Shown: piece after piece, positions 22,978 to 35,599 of the stretch
How positions within the stretch are numbered: the first letter of the stretch is position 1
How the letters are laid out: each line of letters begins with the position of its first letter
From: Diploschistes diacapsis
Taxonomy: Eukaryota
Direction of reading: 5' to 3'
Length of the DNA stretch: 51,521 bases
NCBI GenBank assembly: GCA_023645945.1
Contig: JALAIB010000012.1
Location: forward strand, 1-51,521
The notes under the pieces: model-generated
What the model saw: only the letters and a program-made list of their open reading frames with translations
Databases searched by the model: none
What the model was told of the DNA's origin: nothing
Program-made: the position numbers and the translations under genes

Positions 22978-24588
22978 TTAGGATACCTCATTCGGCTGAA
23001 TATGTATATCGAAGACGCAATGGATCACGCCGGGCGCGTACGACTTGACCTTCTCCACATGCTCGCACGCCACTTTTGCGCCTTGTTCAAATTTTCCCTC
23101 CGCAAGCTTCGCAAAGTCGCGCTCGATCTCTCCTTTCCGCATCGCAATATCACCCTCTCGCACGTTCTCATGCGCATGCACCCACCCACCAAGTTTCGGA
23201 TCCATACACCTCACAGCCACGCCCCAGCTCCCCTTTGAGGTCGGGAGATAACCGCAATTCACATGCCTGACCGGCGGCACTCCGTGCCTCAGCCTTTCCA
23301 CGCGCCGCGCAGCATTCTCGTTGCTCTCCTCGAACATAAGCAAGCGCGGCTTCTTCCCCCCACTTCTCTTTCCCTCTCCCCTCTCTCCGAATCTCCGAAA
23401 CTCCAGCAGCCATCCATTGACTATATCCTCCCCGTTACCACAGCCTCCACCACTACTGCTGTCGCCACCTCTCACAATCTCCATCCTCCATCCATTCCTC
23501 TCCGCCCCCCTCCTGGCCCCCTCTACGGACCAGCCATTGATCTCCCACCCCAGCACCGCCCTCGCCCCCGCCTTAACATATGAAAAAGCAAAGTACCCGA
23601 TACCGGCGTAGAGATCCACCACGGTGCAAGGCGCCGTCGCGTCTCGCAGGCCCGGAAACTCGAGAACGCGCGCCTTTTCCTTGATATTGCCGCCCGAGAA
23701 CATGGTATGCATGGGAGCGAAGACCTGGGTGAGGCCGTTCTGACGCGCGGTGGCCCAGAGCGCGGTGGAGAAGAATGCGGGGGTGGCAGGGGCGGTGGGA
23801 GAGCCGAAGTCGCCGTGTAGAGGCTGCAGGGCGAGGGGAGCGCGGAGGATGTTTTCTCGGGTGTCGTGTGCTGTTGGGAGGGTGTCTGTGGCTGCTGGTG
23901 TCAAGGTGTTGATTGAGGTTCCGGTTGGGGGAGGTAGTATAGCGGGGATGGGTTTGTTGATGGCAATGTGCGTTACGCCCATGCTCGCGCAGAGAGCATC
24001 CATTAGGTCGTGGAGGGGCTGGCCGCGGGGTGCACGGTGGAGGAGGTCATGCCACTCTGGGGAGGCGAATGTGGAAGGGCCGAGGAGGAGAAGGGGTGGG
24101 TAGACTTGGTACGAGCAAGACTCGAGGTCCATCATGTTTCGAATCGAACGGGGTAATTGCGCCTGGACATCTTGAGGAAGGGAGGAAAGCCACTTACGGA
24201 GCGTGACTGCAAAAGGATTGCTTGGTTTAAAGATACCCTGTTCCGAGCTTGCGTCTATTTCATCTTCTACTTTGAGCATTAGAACCGCCATGTCGCTAGC
24301 TCTGGCAAGCTCCCTGATTCTTGCGAGACGCTCGTTTCCGACTGGTAAGAGCCCATCATACTGACTGACTGGCTTTTCTACTTCAAGCCTAGTCAAGGTA
24401 GGGAGAGCGCAGCTATAGGTAGGTGCTATCCCATCTTCGTGGCTTATGCATACAAAGAGAGCGCTCACGGCGTCATCGAGCTTGACGATCTTTTTGGTGC
24501 TATCGTATGCGGAAGATGTTTTTAAGATTTGCCGGGTTTTCTGAACAGCTTCGGGTCGGACAGCGTACCATATTTGCCTGTTGTGCAT
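22978..24588 (-). CDS. TYW2: tRNA wybutosine-synthesizing protein 2 (TYW2/TRM12)
   Basis: 536-aa ORF with WATARQNG, APMHTMFSGGNIKEKAR, SAM motif VDLYAGIGYFAFSY, HVNCGYLPTS, GGWVHAHENV and VKSYAPGVIHCVFD. Confidence 0.92.
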   Translation of the reverse strand: MHNRQIWYAVRPEAVQKTRQILKTSSAYDSTKKIVKLDDAVSALFVCISHEDGIAPTYSCALPTLTRLEVEKPVSQYDGLLPVGNERLARIRELARASDMAVLMLKVEDEIDASSEQGIFKPSNPFAVTLRKWLSSLPQDVQAQLPRSIRNMMDLESCSYQVYPPLLLLGPSTFASPEWHDLLHRAPRGQPLHDLMDALCASMGVTHIAINKPIPAILPPPTGTSINTLTPAATDTLPTAHDTRENILRAPLALQPLHGDFGSPTAPATPAFFSTALWATARQNGLTQVFAPMHTMFSGGNIKEKARVLEFPGLRDATAPCTVVDLYAGIGYFAFSYVKAGARAVLGWEINGWSVEGARRGAERNGWRMEIVRGGDSSSGGGCGNGEDIVNGWLLEFRRFGERGEGKRSGGKKPRLLMFEESNENAARRVERLRHGVPPVRHVNCGYLPTSKGSWGVAVRCMDPKLGGWVHAHENVREGDIAMRKGEIERDFAKLAEGKFEQGAKVACEHVEKVKSYAPGVIHCVFDIHIQPNEVS

Positions 24589-25166
24589 CTCAAGGATTAG
24601 AGTAAGTGAAACAGGTTCTCTATTACGATACGTCCCGTTATGGAGTTACGTATTCTAAGCTTACTAGTAGCACAATAATGGGTGCCAAAACGTGACCAAG
24701 TCAGGGCTTCACATATTTTGTTAGCAGGGTTGGGGGTAGATATTCCATTTCAGAGCCTTTATGTATCAAGGGATACTTTTACTAAACGATCTAAAGTTCA
24801 TTAAGAGTATGTACATTCTCTATATAAGACGTAATGTTATCACCTATCTAAATGATCGGAATGTTAGCCCGTCCTGGTCCCCAGAACTAACTTTCTATTG
24901 AGTTCTTTACTGACGATTGGAAAGGGAGCTCCCTTGGGGCAAGGACACCCCTAGCACAGAAGGTTTTCCTTGCTACCTGGGAAAGAACTACTTCTACCAA
25001 TGGCACCTACTTCGCATCGCATCCTCACGTTTCGGCATGACAGGGTACACTGGCATTCACAAAAGCAGTTTTTCGCGTAATCGTGTGTATCTGCCCAAAA
25101 CCATAGTTGAAGTGGCGTGATATTCGCACAAGTCAAAAGGGTTTTGAAGAGCCAAGGCCGGTGTAC

Positions 25167-27021
25167 CTAGGAATGCAGCCCTGAGTCTATTCCCAGACCA
25201 ATGAGCTGGAAAATGATAGGAGCTCCTTCCACGGAAATCCAAGCAATTCCTGATACAGATTAGCGTGAATCAAGCCCAGTTGGTAGATTCCCACCTGAAT
25301 ACACAATCAGCTTCGTAATGACTTCGACGTCGTATCGCACCCGTGGCTTTGGCACTAGAGAGAGCATCTCTCGTTCTTCCTTCTCATTCTGCCGACGATC
25401 CTGAGAAAGGCTTCTCATAGGAGCAATTGAACTTTCCGATAGATTGTCTACTGGAATTATCGGCTGTTGAAGGGTATCAGTAGATCGCTCATGGTCTACC
25501 GATAAAAGATCCGGGATGGTGCCGTCTATCGAGTCGACCTTTGATTCTGACTGATGCCTTTGATCTTCGAGGAATCCTAGTCTACTTAAACCAGTAGCAT
25601 TTATCTCAGTGGTGGCACCACTCGCAAATCCTTGCATTTCCTTGCGCATTTCCCTGCGAAAGGCCAAGGCTTCGTAAGCGTCTGCCGCTGATTGGGGTCC
25701 AACGGAGATCGAGCGACTTCTACGTGGATGACGGACTCGAGATAGGAAATTCGGCAACTCCGATACCGAGGGTATAACGTTATCAGTCCTAATATGCCCA
25801 GGTACATGATCGTACTCTCTGTAGTTGTGTGAGTAGTAGTCTTGCGAGAAATAGAAAAATACTGACGTCGCAGGTATGAAAAACTTGCGAGGCAAGGTCA
25901 GACCGAGCCTTTCAACAATTCGGAAGATTGGTGGCAGTATCATGAGCAGAGCTGGTTTCATGATACCCTTCCATACAAAGATAAGTAGCACACCGAGACA
26001 GACGCGCAGCACGGTCTTTGGCCAGCCTAAAGTTTCGAGATCGTATGGTACAGTAGCCGGCACAGGGGCATCCCAGGAGAATGGCGTCTTAGCGTAGTGG
26101 TACAGCCCAAACTCAACTCCCATAAAGACACCTGCGAAGGCGACACTATCGTCAAAGCATGGGCAATCGTCTGCCGGCTCCGGATGGATCCGAACAAGAA
26201 CAAGAATTATTAGTATTACAATGATTACAGCCTTCAATGATCCTTCACCAAGGAACCGTTCGTATGCCTCAATGTAATTTACCTCGATTATGGAGAGGGC
26301 CGCACCCAACAGACTACCGATGATAACATCGAAGATACCGTGCATGCCACAGTAGACTCGTCCCGCAACGATCGAAATAGCATAGAAGTAGGCACCGACT
26401 TCCAGCATTGGCTTGACCATAGGTGAGAAGGTATCGGGCATGGACCGAAGGCACAATATAGCATACACAGCAACAGATACCGCATTCGTCGAATGTGTCG
26501 AAGGAAACCCGTATTCCAATGCCGCAGATCCAGACATAGTTATTCTGTGTAACGGCGGCGACAACGGCCGTGGCAGACACAGCAGATCTTTCACGAATCC
26601 ACTAAAGAACACTCCGGAAGCAAGAATATGGATAGCTCTATGAAGCTCTTAGTATGTAATGTGAGTTCTGATGGTCAAAACCACCTACCCTCGACCAAGC
26701 GACGTGTTACCGAACCAGAACAGAATCGGCAGAAAGACCATAAAGAAAGTATGCGTACCGAGATTGGCGATGAGGGCGAAATAGGTGTCAAGGGTCGGGT
26801 TGCGGATGCGCTTTTGGAGGGCAGCAAGGTACGGCGTCTCCCAGCGCAGCAGCGGGATCAGCCATTGTCGAGGATAATAGCGCCAGAAAGGCAGACGAGT
26901 CTTATCTACACGACGAAGCTTCAAGTTAGCAGTTGCCGCCTCAGAGGACCATGAGGATTACGAGGACAAGGGGAGACTGACAATGATCCAAGCCTCTCAG
27001 GCCAGCGTCCGGCTTGTCCAT
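25167..27021 (-). CDS. LCB3: Long-chain-base/sphingosine-1-phosphate phosphatase (PAP2 family, Lcb3/Ysr3-like)
   Basis: MDKPDAGLRGLDH|Y start; ETPYLAALQ, ANLGTHTFFMVFLP, KDLLCLPRPLSPP, EYGFPSTHS, GRVYCGMHG, PADDCPCFDDSV, RVRYDVEVITKLIVYSG. Four GT-AG introns; stop at 25167. Confidence 0.92.
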
Positions 27022-27522
27022 TTCCCCAATGTCAGGCTGGCGACACGGATGGATTCAAAGCCACCCCGCGTCGCCCTTGGTCAACTCATACCATTGAGAA
27101 TAGTAGCTTGTGTAAAGAACGACTGTTACGTTGGCGCCAAAAAGGATTATTTTGAGGAGTAATGCAATCGAGAAACGGGCGCGGTTTCAATGTGGGCTGT
27201 GAAATTGCGGCTTAATAATGCGGACAATCTTAATTGCCGAGAAACATCCAAGTCTACGATCATCTTATAGAAGACACAAATCTACATAGTTAGAGCCTTC
27301 TTGGGAAACAGGCTGGAAAACAAGTACAAGTGTTGTTGAACAGAATCACCAGTACGTGGGTATACTAATACACACTCCAATGAACCGGTCGTCATCACCT
27401 TATTCAACGTCCAAACCCCCCGTAGTTTTCCTTCATAACTTCGTGACAGGAGAAAAGAACGTAGTGTGAGCACCAAGGGGACGACAGATACTCGCAAGAC
27501 AGTTCAAGGAATCGAAGGACAG

Positions 27523-30500
27523 TTACGAAGCGCGTAGTTCGCTTCCAGCCCTTCCAAGCTGTATAACTCCCAATTCCACAAGCTTTTCCCAAACGCCATC
27601 TTTTGCGAGAACTCTTTGCCCATCCACAGGTAGACCGTCTAACTTAGTTATTGACCTGCTGCCTTGTAAAAGCATTAGCTCATATACGCGTCTCCTTATG
27701 CGAGTACCAAAGTCCAGTTGCTGAAGGTAAGGCTCGTCGGCAGTGCCGTCCGCGTCTGGAACAATGTATGCTGTAGTGTTGAAACAATCTTCACGGTTTC
27801 CGTCTCCATTCGGGAGACGTTCATTGGGCTTGAAGATAAGCTTTTGGGAGACCGTTTCCAGGTGCGGTGCCAAGTAAAATCCCGAAGAAAATTGGTTGTT
27901 CCGACAATCCAGTATTCGCAAGTGCTGGCCTATCTTGCAGATAACGTCCATGGTTCGACGGAACCGAATAATGCGGTTCCCTGCAATATGCAGTTCCTGG
28001 AGCTTTCTAATGCCCAAGAGTGGCCTTATATCTTTCAAAGCGTTATAGTTCAGATTCAGATGGCGAACGTTAGGAATGAAGGTTCCAAAGTCCTTGACAA
28101 GTGAATCTAGCCCACAAGAAGCGAGATCAAGGCGTTCCAAGCTGAGGAAGACGTGAGAGGGATTGAAGTTCAAGAGTCGATTCCCTGCCAAACTAAGACT
28201 TCGTGTTTCTGAGCAACAATTATAGTCTAGAAACGACGCATCGGCGTTTTCGTCTGCCGACGGCAGGGTTTGTGTGCGCCATGAGACACGCTGAATGTTC
28301 GGCCGACCCCCGAGTCCATTTAAGTCTACAACGCTGTTCGAATCGAGGAGTAGATCACAAAGATTTCCCAATTGGGCGACATCGAGGCGCGTGAGCTGAT
28401 TATTCGAAACATCCAGGAAACTTAGACAGGGGTACTGTTCGTTACTTTCCAAGTTCAATTGATGTAGTTTGTTGCCCCCTTTCTTCTTGTTAGCTTGTTG
28501 GCTAGCTGATGCGTAAGCTACGTACGCAACTGAAGTCTCTGCAACGCCACTAGTTGCTCAATGCCGTTGACAGACTCGATCTGGTTGTCATGAAGATCAA
28601 GATCAGTCAGTCGTCGCCTGATCTCTGTTAGCTCGTATAACCATTAAGCTCGTTACCTCTTACAAGTCAGAGTCGTGGAGATTCAATGCCTTAATACAAT
28701 TATTGCCTAGCTGAAGTTTTAGCAGACCATTCAAATGAAGGACCCCATCCAAACTGTCGATCTGGTTGTTCTCTGCTTTCAGCTCCCGGATGTGTAGCAG
28801 TTCCCGAAAGCCAACCAGGCTGTCTATTTCGTTATTCGAGATATCGATGTACTGCAAATTGTAGAGGTGACCCCAAGCAGTAAGGCTAGATAGGCAGTTA
28901 TGCCGGGCATCGAGCACACGCAGGCTTTGTGGAGCACCGTTAAGCTGACCAAGTTCATTGTTCGAAACGTCGAGTTCTTCGATACTGTTGCAAAAGTCGT
29001 CGAGCATATGCAAGGTGAAAAGGCCGCGACCCGGGAGGCTGAGGCTTCGAAGTTGTTCCCAATACGGCTCATATGGTTCGACATCGGCTATCTTCTCCAC
29101 AAGGTCCTTGATCGATAGAGAGAACTTTCCCTCAATCTCTTGAATGGAAGCGAGTCCGCGTCGTTTTGCGAGATACTGCACGTCAAGGTTCAGAGACTCG
29201 TCCGCGTGATGTATCGTGAAATCAGATAGTGGAGTAAGCTGCATCGCAACGTAACTTTTCGCAGCCGATGGTGCCAGCAACATGCCCTTGGCTTTCTTAG
29301 CTACTACTTGAGGAGTAGCTAGTGCAATTGCTAGATCATCGGTGCGATTCCCACCTGAACTTGGTGAAGGCGTTTTCTCGCCTTCATCAATTTTAGGAAG
29401 TATTTGTGCGGATTGAGTGCGTTTGATGGAAGAGCTGAGCCTGCTCCTGGGCGTCCTGCTGGACCGTTCTTCTCCTTCGTTGACATTTTGACGACGCCCG
29501 GCATCCCCTTCTAGGAAACTGTTGGCATCTAGATCCAACCGGCTTGCATCATCCCATTCATTGACCGGACTAACCGGGTGCGGTTGTATCAGAGGCGACG
29601 AGAAAGCGACAGTAACAGCTCGGGCCTGCGTGGGTTTATTTCCTGCCTGGACCAAAATTTGAGCAACCTGGCCCTTTGAGAGCGCGATTTCAACAGCAGC
29701 TTCTTGGGCGCGATTTGAACCATCCAAAGGCCTCGTGGAGGCTATGTGCCTGTCCATTGCTGATACACTTGGGGGAGAGCCTGATTGCCCGATAACTACA
29801 GAGCTTTGTGCGTCTTCGGGATGCGGGTCACAAAACGGGGTTTCCTTCAATGGTTGATTTGGCATTGGAGGTAGTTGGTCCTTGTTTAGCTTTCTAGTTG
29901 ATGTAGGCTGCGATATCGCTGTCCCTCTAACGTTCCTCAATTCGTGGGACTCGTCGATATCAAGATCCGGGATCTCCTTGAAAGGGTCATCCTCTGTAGC
30001 TTCGCTTGCCAGGTGCTCACCCGCCGCACTATGATCTTCAGATGGCTTTCTCTTCACCCAACAACGTTTCTCATAGTCGAAAGTCATGCGTCCCATCTTG
30101 TCCATAATCAAATGCGACACCTTCTCCGGAGCAATGATGGCTTTTGTGCGTGTACCGCTGGACCCAGTGTGAATGGAGCGATTAGTGGATGATTTCGAAG
30201 ATGGGTACGTCTCAGCTATTGCATCTTTGTCCCTTCCGGCGGAGTCTCCTACTCCGCCAGCTTCACCAAACTGTCTATTTCGAATTGGTTCGAGGATTCT
30301 GACGTTCGAGAGCTCACCCTGAGCGGTCTCTGATACGACATCGTCATCGTTATGCTCTCGCCTTCGCAGCCTCTTAAACGATGAGTTGAGTGCTAACCCA
30401 AGGTCGTCTGTATCCTCAAATTTTCGAAGTCGACTTATGACTCGAAAGTCCTTTGGTCCGGGGACTTTTCGTCTTGGAGGACTACCCTCCCTGCTTGGAG

Positions 30501-32718
30501 GCCGAGAAAAGGTATCAGTGCTGAAGACGTCTGCACCGGACTCTTCGATACCTTGGAGACGACCCATATCTGAGCCTAGGACGTTTCTTACGCCGTCCCT
30601 CTGTATGGCATTTGATCTTATATTCTGCATAATCAAGTTCGCCTCGCGGAAAAAATCTGCCGTTGTCACAGACTTCTTCCGGACGCCCTGAGTGATACCC
30701 TCAGCAACGTTGAGAGCAAGATTTGCTAGTTCACCGGCCAGTAGTCCGGTAGCTGTCTCCAGGTCGATCACCGGCTTTTCTGTTTCATCTGAATCGTCTG
30801 TATCCGCCGTCTTTGCAACCGAGATCTGCCTCGACCCTCCAGGACTGTTTTGTTGGCGCACTTTTGGACGAAGCATAGGCCGCGTGGCTATGACTTCAGG
30901 GTCAGCTGTCGGACTGGAATTATTGTAAAGTGCGTCTTTTCGTTTCCTGCCTGCTATAGAATTATTCTGCGATAGCTGCGGTCTTTGTCGCTGCATCTCA
31001 ATTCCAGGGCCGTTTTCCGGCGACTGTTGGATAGTTCGACGTCTTTTTGCGTTCGGAACTTTCTGTGGAGAGCTTCTCTGACGTTTGCCTTCTGGTAGAG
31101 GCTCTGATATCTCTTCCTCCCATGACGTTCCCATTGTCTGCTGTTTCTTTACGACCATGTTAAACTGCTTGTGAGTTTCTTGGCTTTCAACCATACTAGA
31201 CTCGGGAGATTTTGCTTTGTTAGAGGTTGGATCAGAAGCACTTTGCATACGGTTTTCTTCTTCCGGCCACTGTAAAGCGCGCTGGGCTTCTTGTTCGTGG
31301 GTAAAATCGAATTTGTCAAGCATACCATCCCCAAAGCTGCTCATTCTCTTGTTCTGTTTGCGTGCAGGGTATGAATCCTGCTCCTGTGCTTGCTGCTCCC
31401 TTCTCGGTGATGGAGTAGATCCCATGCCATCCTCAAAAATATCGCTTTCGTTTTCGGTTCTGTCGCCACCAATTTCAAACTGGCTTATTCTTCGGTTCAG
31501 TCGGTCATTGGTGAAAGTGTCGTACTTGTCGAAAAGCTTCAATGGGCTCAGTTTCTGTGGACTGCGTGACAGGCGAGGACTTTGTTCTAGTGGATCATTG
31601 TCGCCCTGCGGCTTGTGTTTAGTACGTGGTGTTTGAGGTGTAGAACAAACTTCTGGCAAACGGCCATCCAAAGCCGGTCTGGCTGGTGTCGACTGTGGTT
31701 GAAAGGACGAAGGGCTCAGTGGTTTCTGTTGAAAAGAGCCTTCTGAAGAATATCCGCCTCTTCTCATAGTAACGAAAGCATAAGCCTCTGACTCGGGCTG
31801 CAAGTTTTCCGGTAGCGATGAGCTTGTACGATTTGGATCCACCTGGGAGTCCTCAGCGGATGGTCCCAAGCCCCTGATTTCCAAAACGCCATCACTCATG
31901 CTTGAAGCCGGCCTGGATATATCATGCACGCTCGAGTCCCGGCAAATACTTAGAGATCCACTATGTGAGCGCCTGGTTCGCCTGTTATCACTATCTAGCT
32001 GTACGGGACTAAAGGACTCGTGACGAAGGTAGCTCTTGCCCGACAAAGCGTGGCTTCGAGCCCCGGAAGAATGACGCAAGCTCGTTTGCAAACTTGGCAG
32101 CACTGGAGCGAGGGGTGGAAGCTGCAAAGACTCGTCCGGACTCTGTGTGGCCATAGGCGGTAAGATTCGGCCAGGCAGAACAGGCGGGCTAGATGGCGGA
32201 ATGCTTGTTGTAGGAGCGCTTGTCCTTGCCCTCTTGAATCGTGCCGACATCTCTTTGCGGACGGTGGGAGGCCGGAAGACATTCTCAAGGCCAATGGGGC
32301 TAAACAAGCCTTGTTGATTACGGGCAGCTCCTCCACTATTCAGCAGTCGTCTTTTCCACTCCGGAGTTCCTTGCTTCGCTCCCTCTTGTCCCTTGAGCTG
32401 TACAGTACCCAACAACACCGATCCAAGCTCTTCGGCAGAAGATGCACTTGCTGTCCCTTGTGGATATCCTTTCCCATGCTCTTTCGCTAACGCTCCACTC
32501 TTCTCTACGTTCAATGCCGAGGCTGTCTTTTCTGATAGGACATGGCCTTGGGTCCTTCTTAGCAGGCTAGATGTGGACTGAGATTTAGGCAGAGGAATTC
32601 TGCTTCCGTTTGTTGAGCGCCTCAGTACGGAAGTATCTTCTTGAAGATCCGACACATCGGAAGAGCGTGGCTGAGATATCCATTCTTCCGAAAGCTCGTC
32701 ATCAAAGTTGAACTCCAT
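27523..32718 (-). CDS. NUD1: Septation-initiation-network scaffold Nud1/Cdc11 (SepK-like), C-terminal leucine-rich repeats
   Basis: Starts MEFNFDDELSEEWISQPRS; conserved islands TPEWKRRL, LFSPIGLENVFRPP, SPLKLFDKYDTFTND, MTFDYEKRCW, VEPYEPYWE; many LRRs; RRRVYELML...LDGL. Two short introns at ~28480-28663. Confidence 0.9.
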
Positions 32719-33248
32719 TGACGCTGGAAGCCGGTAACGGTCAGCGTCTTTAATATTTACTTTTGCGGGGATAGCATGCTTGGGTAATGATCGGGAATGT
32801 TGCACGATAAGGATAGCGATTAGAATAATGTGAGTTGTGATGAACAATGTCGTGCGATAGAATTAGTATTCGACCTGCTGCGCTATCAGTCGCGCCCTGT
32901 GTGTGTTGTTCCTGCCAATCTTTGGTGGAAGCGATAACCGAACCCCAGCGCGTCCGGAGTAGCAAAACTTCTGTGACGATATGCCAAGTCTCGCCAAGAT
33001 CCACCTGCTATAGGCTTAACGCCGGTTCGTTGCTACGCCAACAATCGGTAACGTCAACTCAGCGCTTCTTCGCTTCTACCTCGTAAGCTAATAACCTCAT
33101 TGTGCCCAAGGTCCCATCAGATATTTATTCATCTTCTTGCTTTAGCTCTGTCTACAAAGAAAGCACCATAGAGTTCGAAACAGGCACGATCCAGCTGTAC
33201 ATACTTGAACATTCGGTTGTTGGATTTGCCTGTTCCTTCCTCGACACA

Positions 33249-34189
33249 ATGTCTGTCCGAGGTTATGATTCCCTTTCCAGGTCACCAGAGCGTCGAAAAT
33301 CCATCTTAGCAGGCGGGGCCGGCTCTCTATCTCCTCGTCGCAAGCCTATACGGCAACGAAGTACACGAACAAGTAATGCCACCGTCAACTCAACTATGAC
33401 CATGTCATCTGGCAACCTTTCAGAGACCACCGCAGGCACAAGTGCTTCACAGGTCCCATCGTTTTCAAAGAAATTTGTGGTGGTTGGTGATGGAGGCTGT
33501 GGAAAAACTTGCTTCTTGATTAGCTACAGTCAAGGGTATTTTCCAGAGGTTAGTTATGTCAAGCTTCCCTCGCACTTGAATCAATTTCTCACGAGGAATA
33601 TAGAAATACGTACCAACAGTCTTCGAGAACTACATCACTCACAAGCCACATAGGCCAACAGGGAAGCTGGTGGAGCTAGCCCTCTGGGACACTGCCGGCC
33701 AGGAAGAATACGACCGTCTACGGCCGCTGTCATACCCCGAAACTGATCTTCTCTTTGTTTGCTTCGCTATTGACTGCCCCGCCTCTCTAGAAAATGTTAT
33801 GGACAAGGTAAGTTATCCATAGTGAGATTTGCAACAAGGACATGGCTCATTCCGTCTTCCAGTGGTATCCCGAAGTCCTTCATTTCTGCCCTACCACACC
33901 TATCATACTTGTCGGCCTTAAGTCAGACCTCCGCAACAAACGCACATGCATCGACTTGCTGCGAACTCAAGGGCTGACGCCAGTAACGCCAGAACAAGGT
34001 CAGGGAGTCGCATTAAAGATGGGAGCGAGGTACATGGAATGCAGTAGCAAGGAGATGAGGGGCGTCGAGGAGGTATTCGAGACCGCTATCAACACAGCAG
34101 TTGGAGTGGAAATTACAAACCAACAGCAGAGCCATTCCACAGGCACCACCAGCAGCCGGAAAAAAAAGAGATCTTGCAAGCTATTTTAA
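33249..34189 (+). CDS. RHO4: Rho-family GTPase Rho4, 3 exons
   Basis: Long N-terminal extension; [53 protein letters not shown]; polybasic tail plus CAAX (KKKRSCKLF). Confidence 0.92.
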
Positions 34190-34502
34190 GCCACCTTTCC
34201 GCGTGGTCGACGTTCATCCAACATCAACACCCAGAATTTCTCATTTTTTCCAACGAGCATAGCAGGCGTTACGGACTTGGTGCGTACGAGCATACGTTGG
34301 ATGGGGACATCATGAAAGCGGACTTTTTTCTGTAAATTAAGTTTGATGCACGTAAGGAATACTCGGTGTTCATTTTCACTTCTTTTGTGAGCAGGTGCGG
34401 TTGATTGGTAGACCTGCAGGTAATGAGTGGACTATCTTCGTCCGGCAAAATCGTTAGTAAAGGCGCTGTTCATCTACCAGCATGTTGCTTCCCATCGTCT
34501 CC

Positions 34503-34878
34503 CTATTGCGCTGCACTTTCCGAGCGGGCTTTCTCTTGATCGCCGTCCTCCGGGTTCTTTGCCATCACATTCTCAAACTGAGACCAGAGTGCTTCCACAG
34601 ATCCGAACTCATTTCCTACCTGTGACTTGTCAGCTACTCCAACGTAAAACTTAAAAACAAAGGAAATGTCAAAGGTCCCAATCTACATACAGCAATCACG
34701 CCTTCAAGTGACCGGTTCAATTTATTGAGATTCTGTAGGACTTGCTCCAGACTCTAGGAGGAGAGATATGTCCACTGTCAGCATCAAGTCTGTGACTGCT
34801 TAGGTTTGCCATGCGACTTACGACAGCGACTTCTCCAACTAGTGCTTCACGCTGCTTCTCAAAATAGCTCTTCTCCAT
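34503..34878 (-). CDS. DAD1: DASH complex subunit Dad1, 3 exons
   Basis: Spliced product [61 protein letters not shown]...; both introns GT-AG with CTGAC branch sites. Confidence 0.92.
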
Positions 34879-35185
34879 CACGTTCCGGTAGATATAGAAC
34901 CCCGTGAAGCCCCGTGAACAACGTGCGCGCTTTAAGTCCTTGCACGTGATCAAAGTAAAGCAGTTATTGTTATCCAATCACTAGTTCCTGCTACACTTTA
35001 GCACAGCCTGCTACATGAGGCAAACTTACTGAGTACATACTGTAGGTATTGAGATGTTTTCTGGTCTAGCGATATAGTTTTGCCTCAGTACATTGGTGTA
35101 TTAGTGGTGTATCAGTGTTACGGATATGTTCCGCTGCAAAACTCGCTCTGCTGACTCTGCTGCTATGCCTATGGTCAGATATAGG

Positions 35186-35203
35186 TATATATATATATAT
35201 ATA
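35186..35203. repeat. (TA)n microsatellite
   Basis: Uninterrupted TA run of about 9 units. Confidence 0.9.
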
Positions 35204-35599
35204 GTTAATATCCACCTCTCCCACTTGGCCTATCTGAAAGCTACTACACCATTCGCATATTCCTTAAGCCTCTTTGTGCGTCCGCATCATCCGACAATCA
35301 CACGCTTTGAGTCCATGACTAGATGCATGCATCTCGCCTCTCGCAGCATCTTCTTCTACTAGCCATACACGGCACAGTACGTAAGCCCACTTATAAAGAT
35401 ATGACGGCGATAGTAGGGTGCAGGTCGTGGGCTGCCGTATACCCGGTCGACGTTGAAGAGAGCCGGCGAGTGAGCATTCGGCAGCCCCGATCCTGCTGCT
35501 GGGCCTTTCAGGTATCAGGCCATAGCTCAAGCTCTCGGTTTTTGGGCACACACAGCATTCACAAAATGCCTCCCAACATGAGCATTGAATCCACCTCAC

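Noticed and set aside
32719..33248. N-terminal extensions of the NUD1 (from 32847) and RHO4 (from 33102) ORFs
   Set aside because: They start at non-ATG codons; conserved-looking sequence begins at ATG 32718 and ATG 33249.
35400..35560. Possible SRP-RNA helix or hammerhead (CTGATAC..GAAA..AGCAG) between DAD1 and the hypothetical gene
   Set aside because: Core motifs (CUGANGA; the SRP helix-8 symmetric loop) are not matched.
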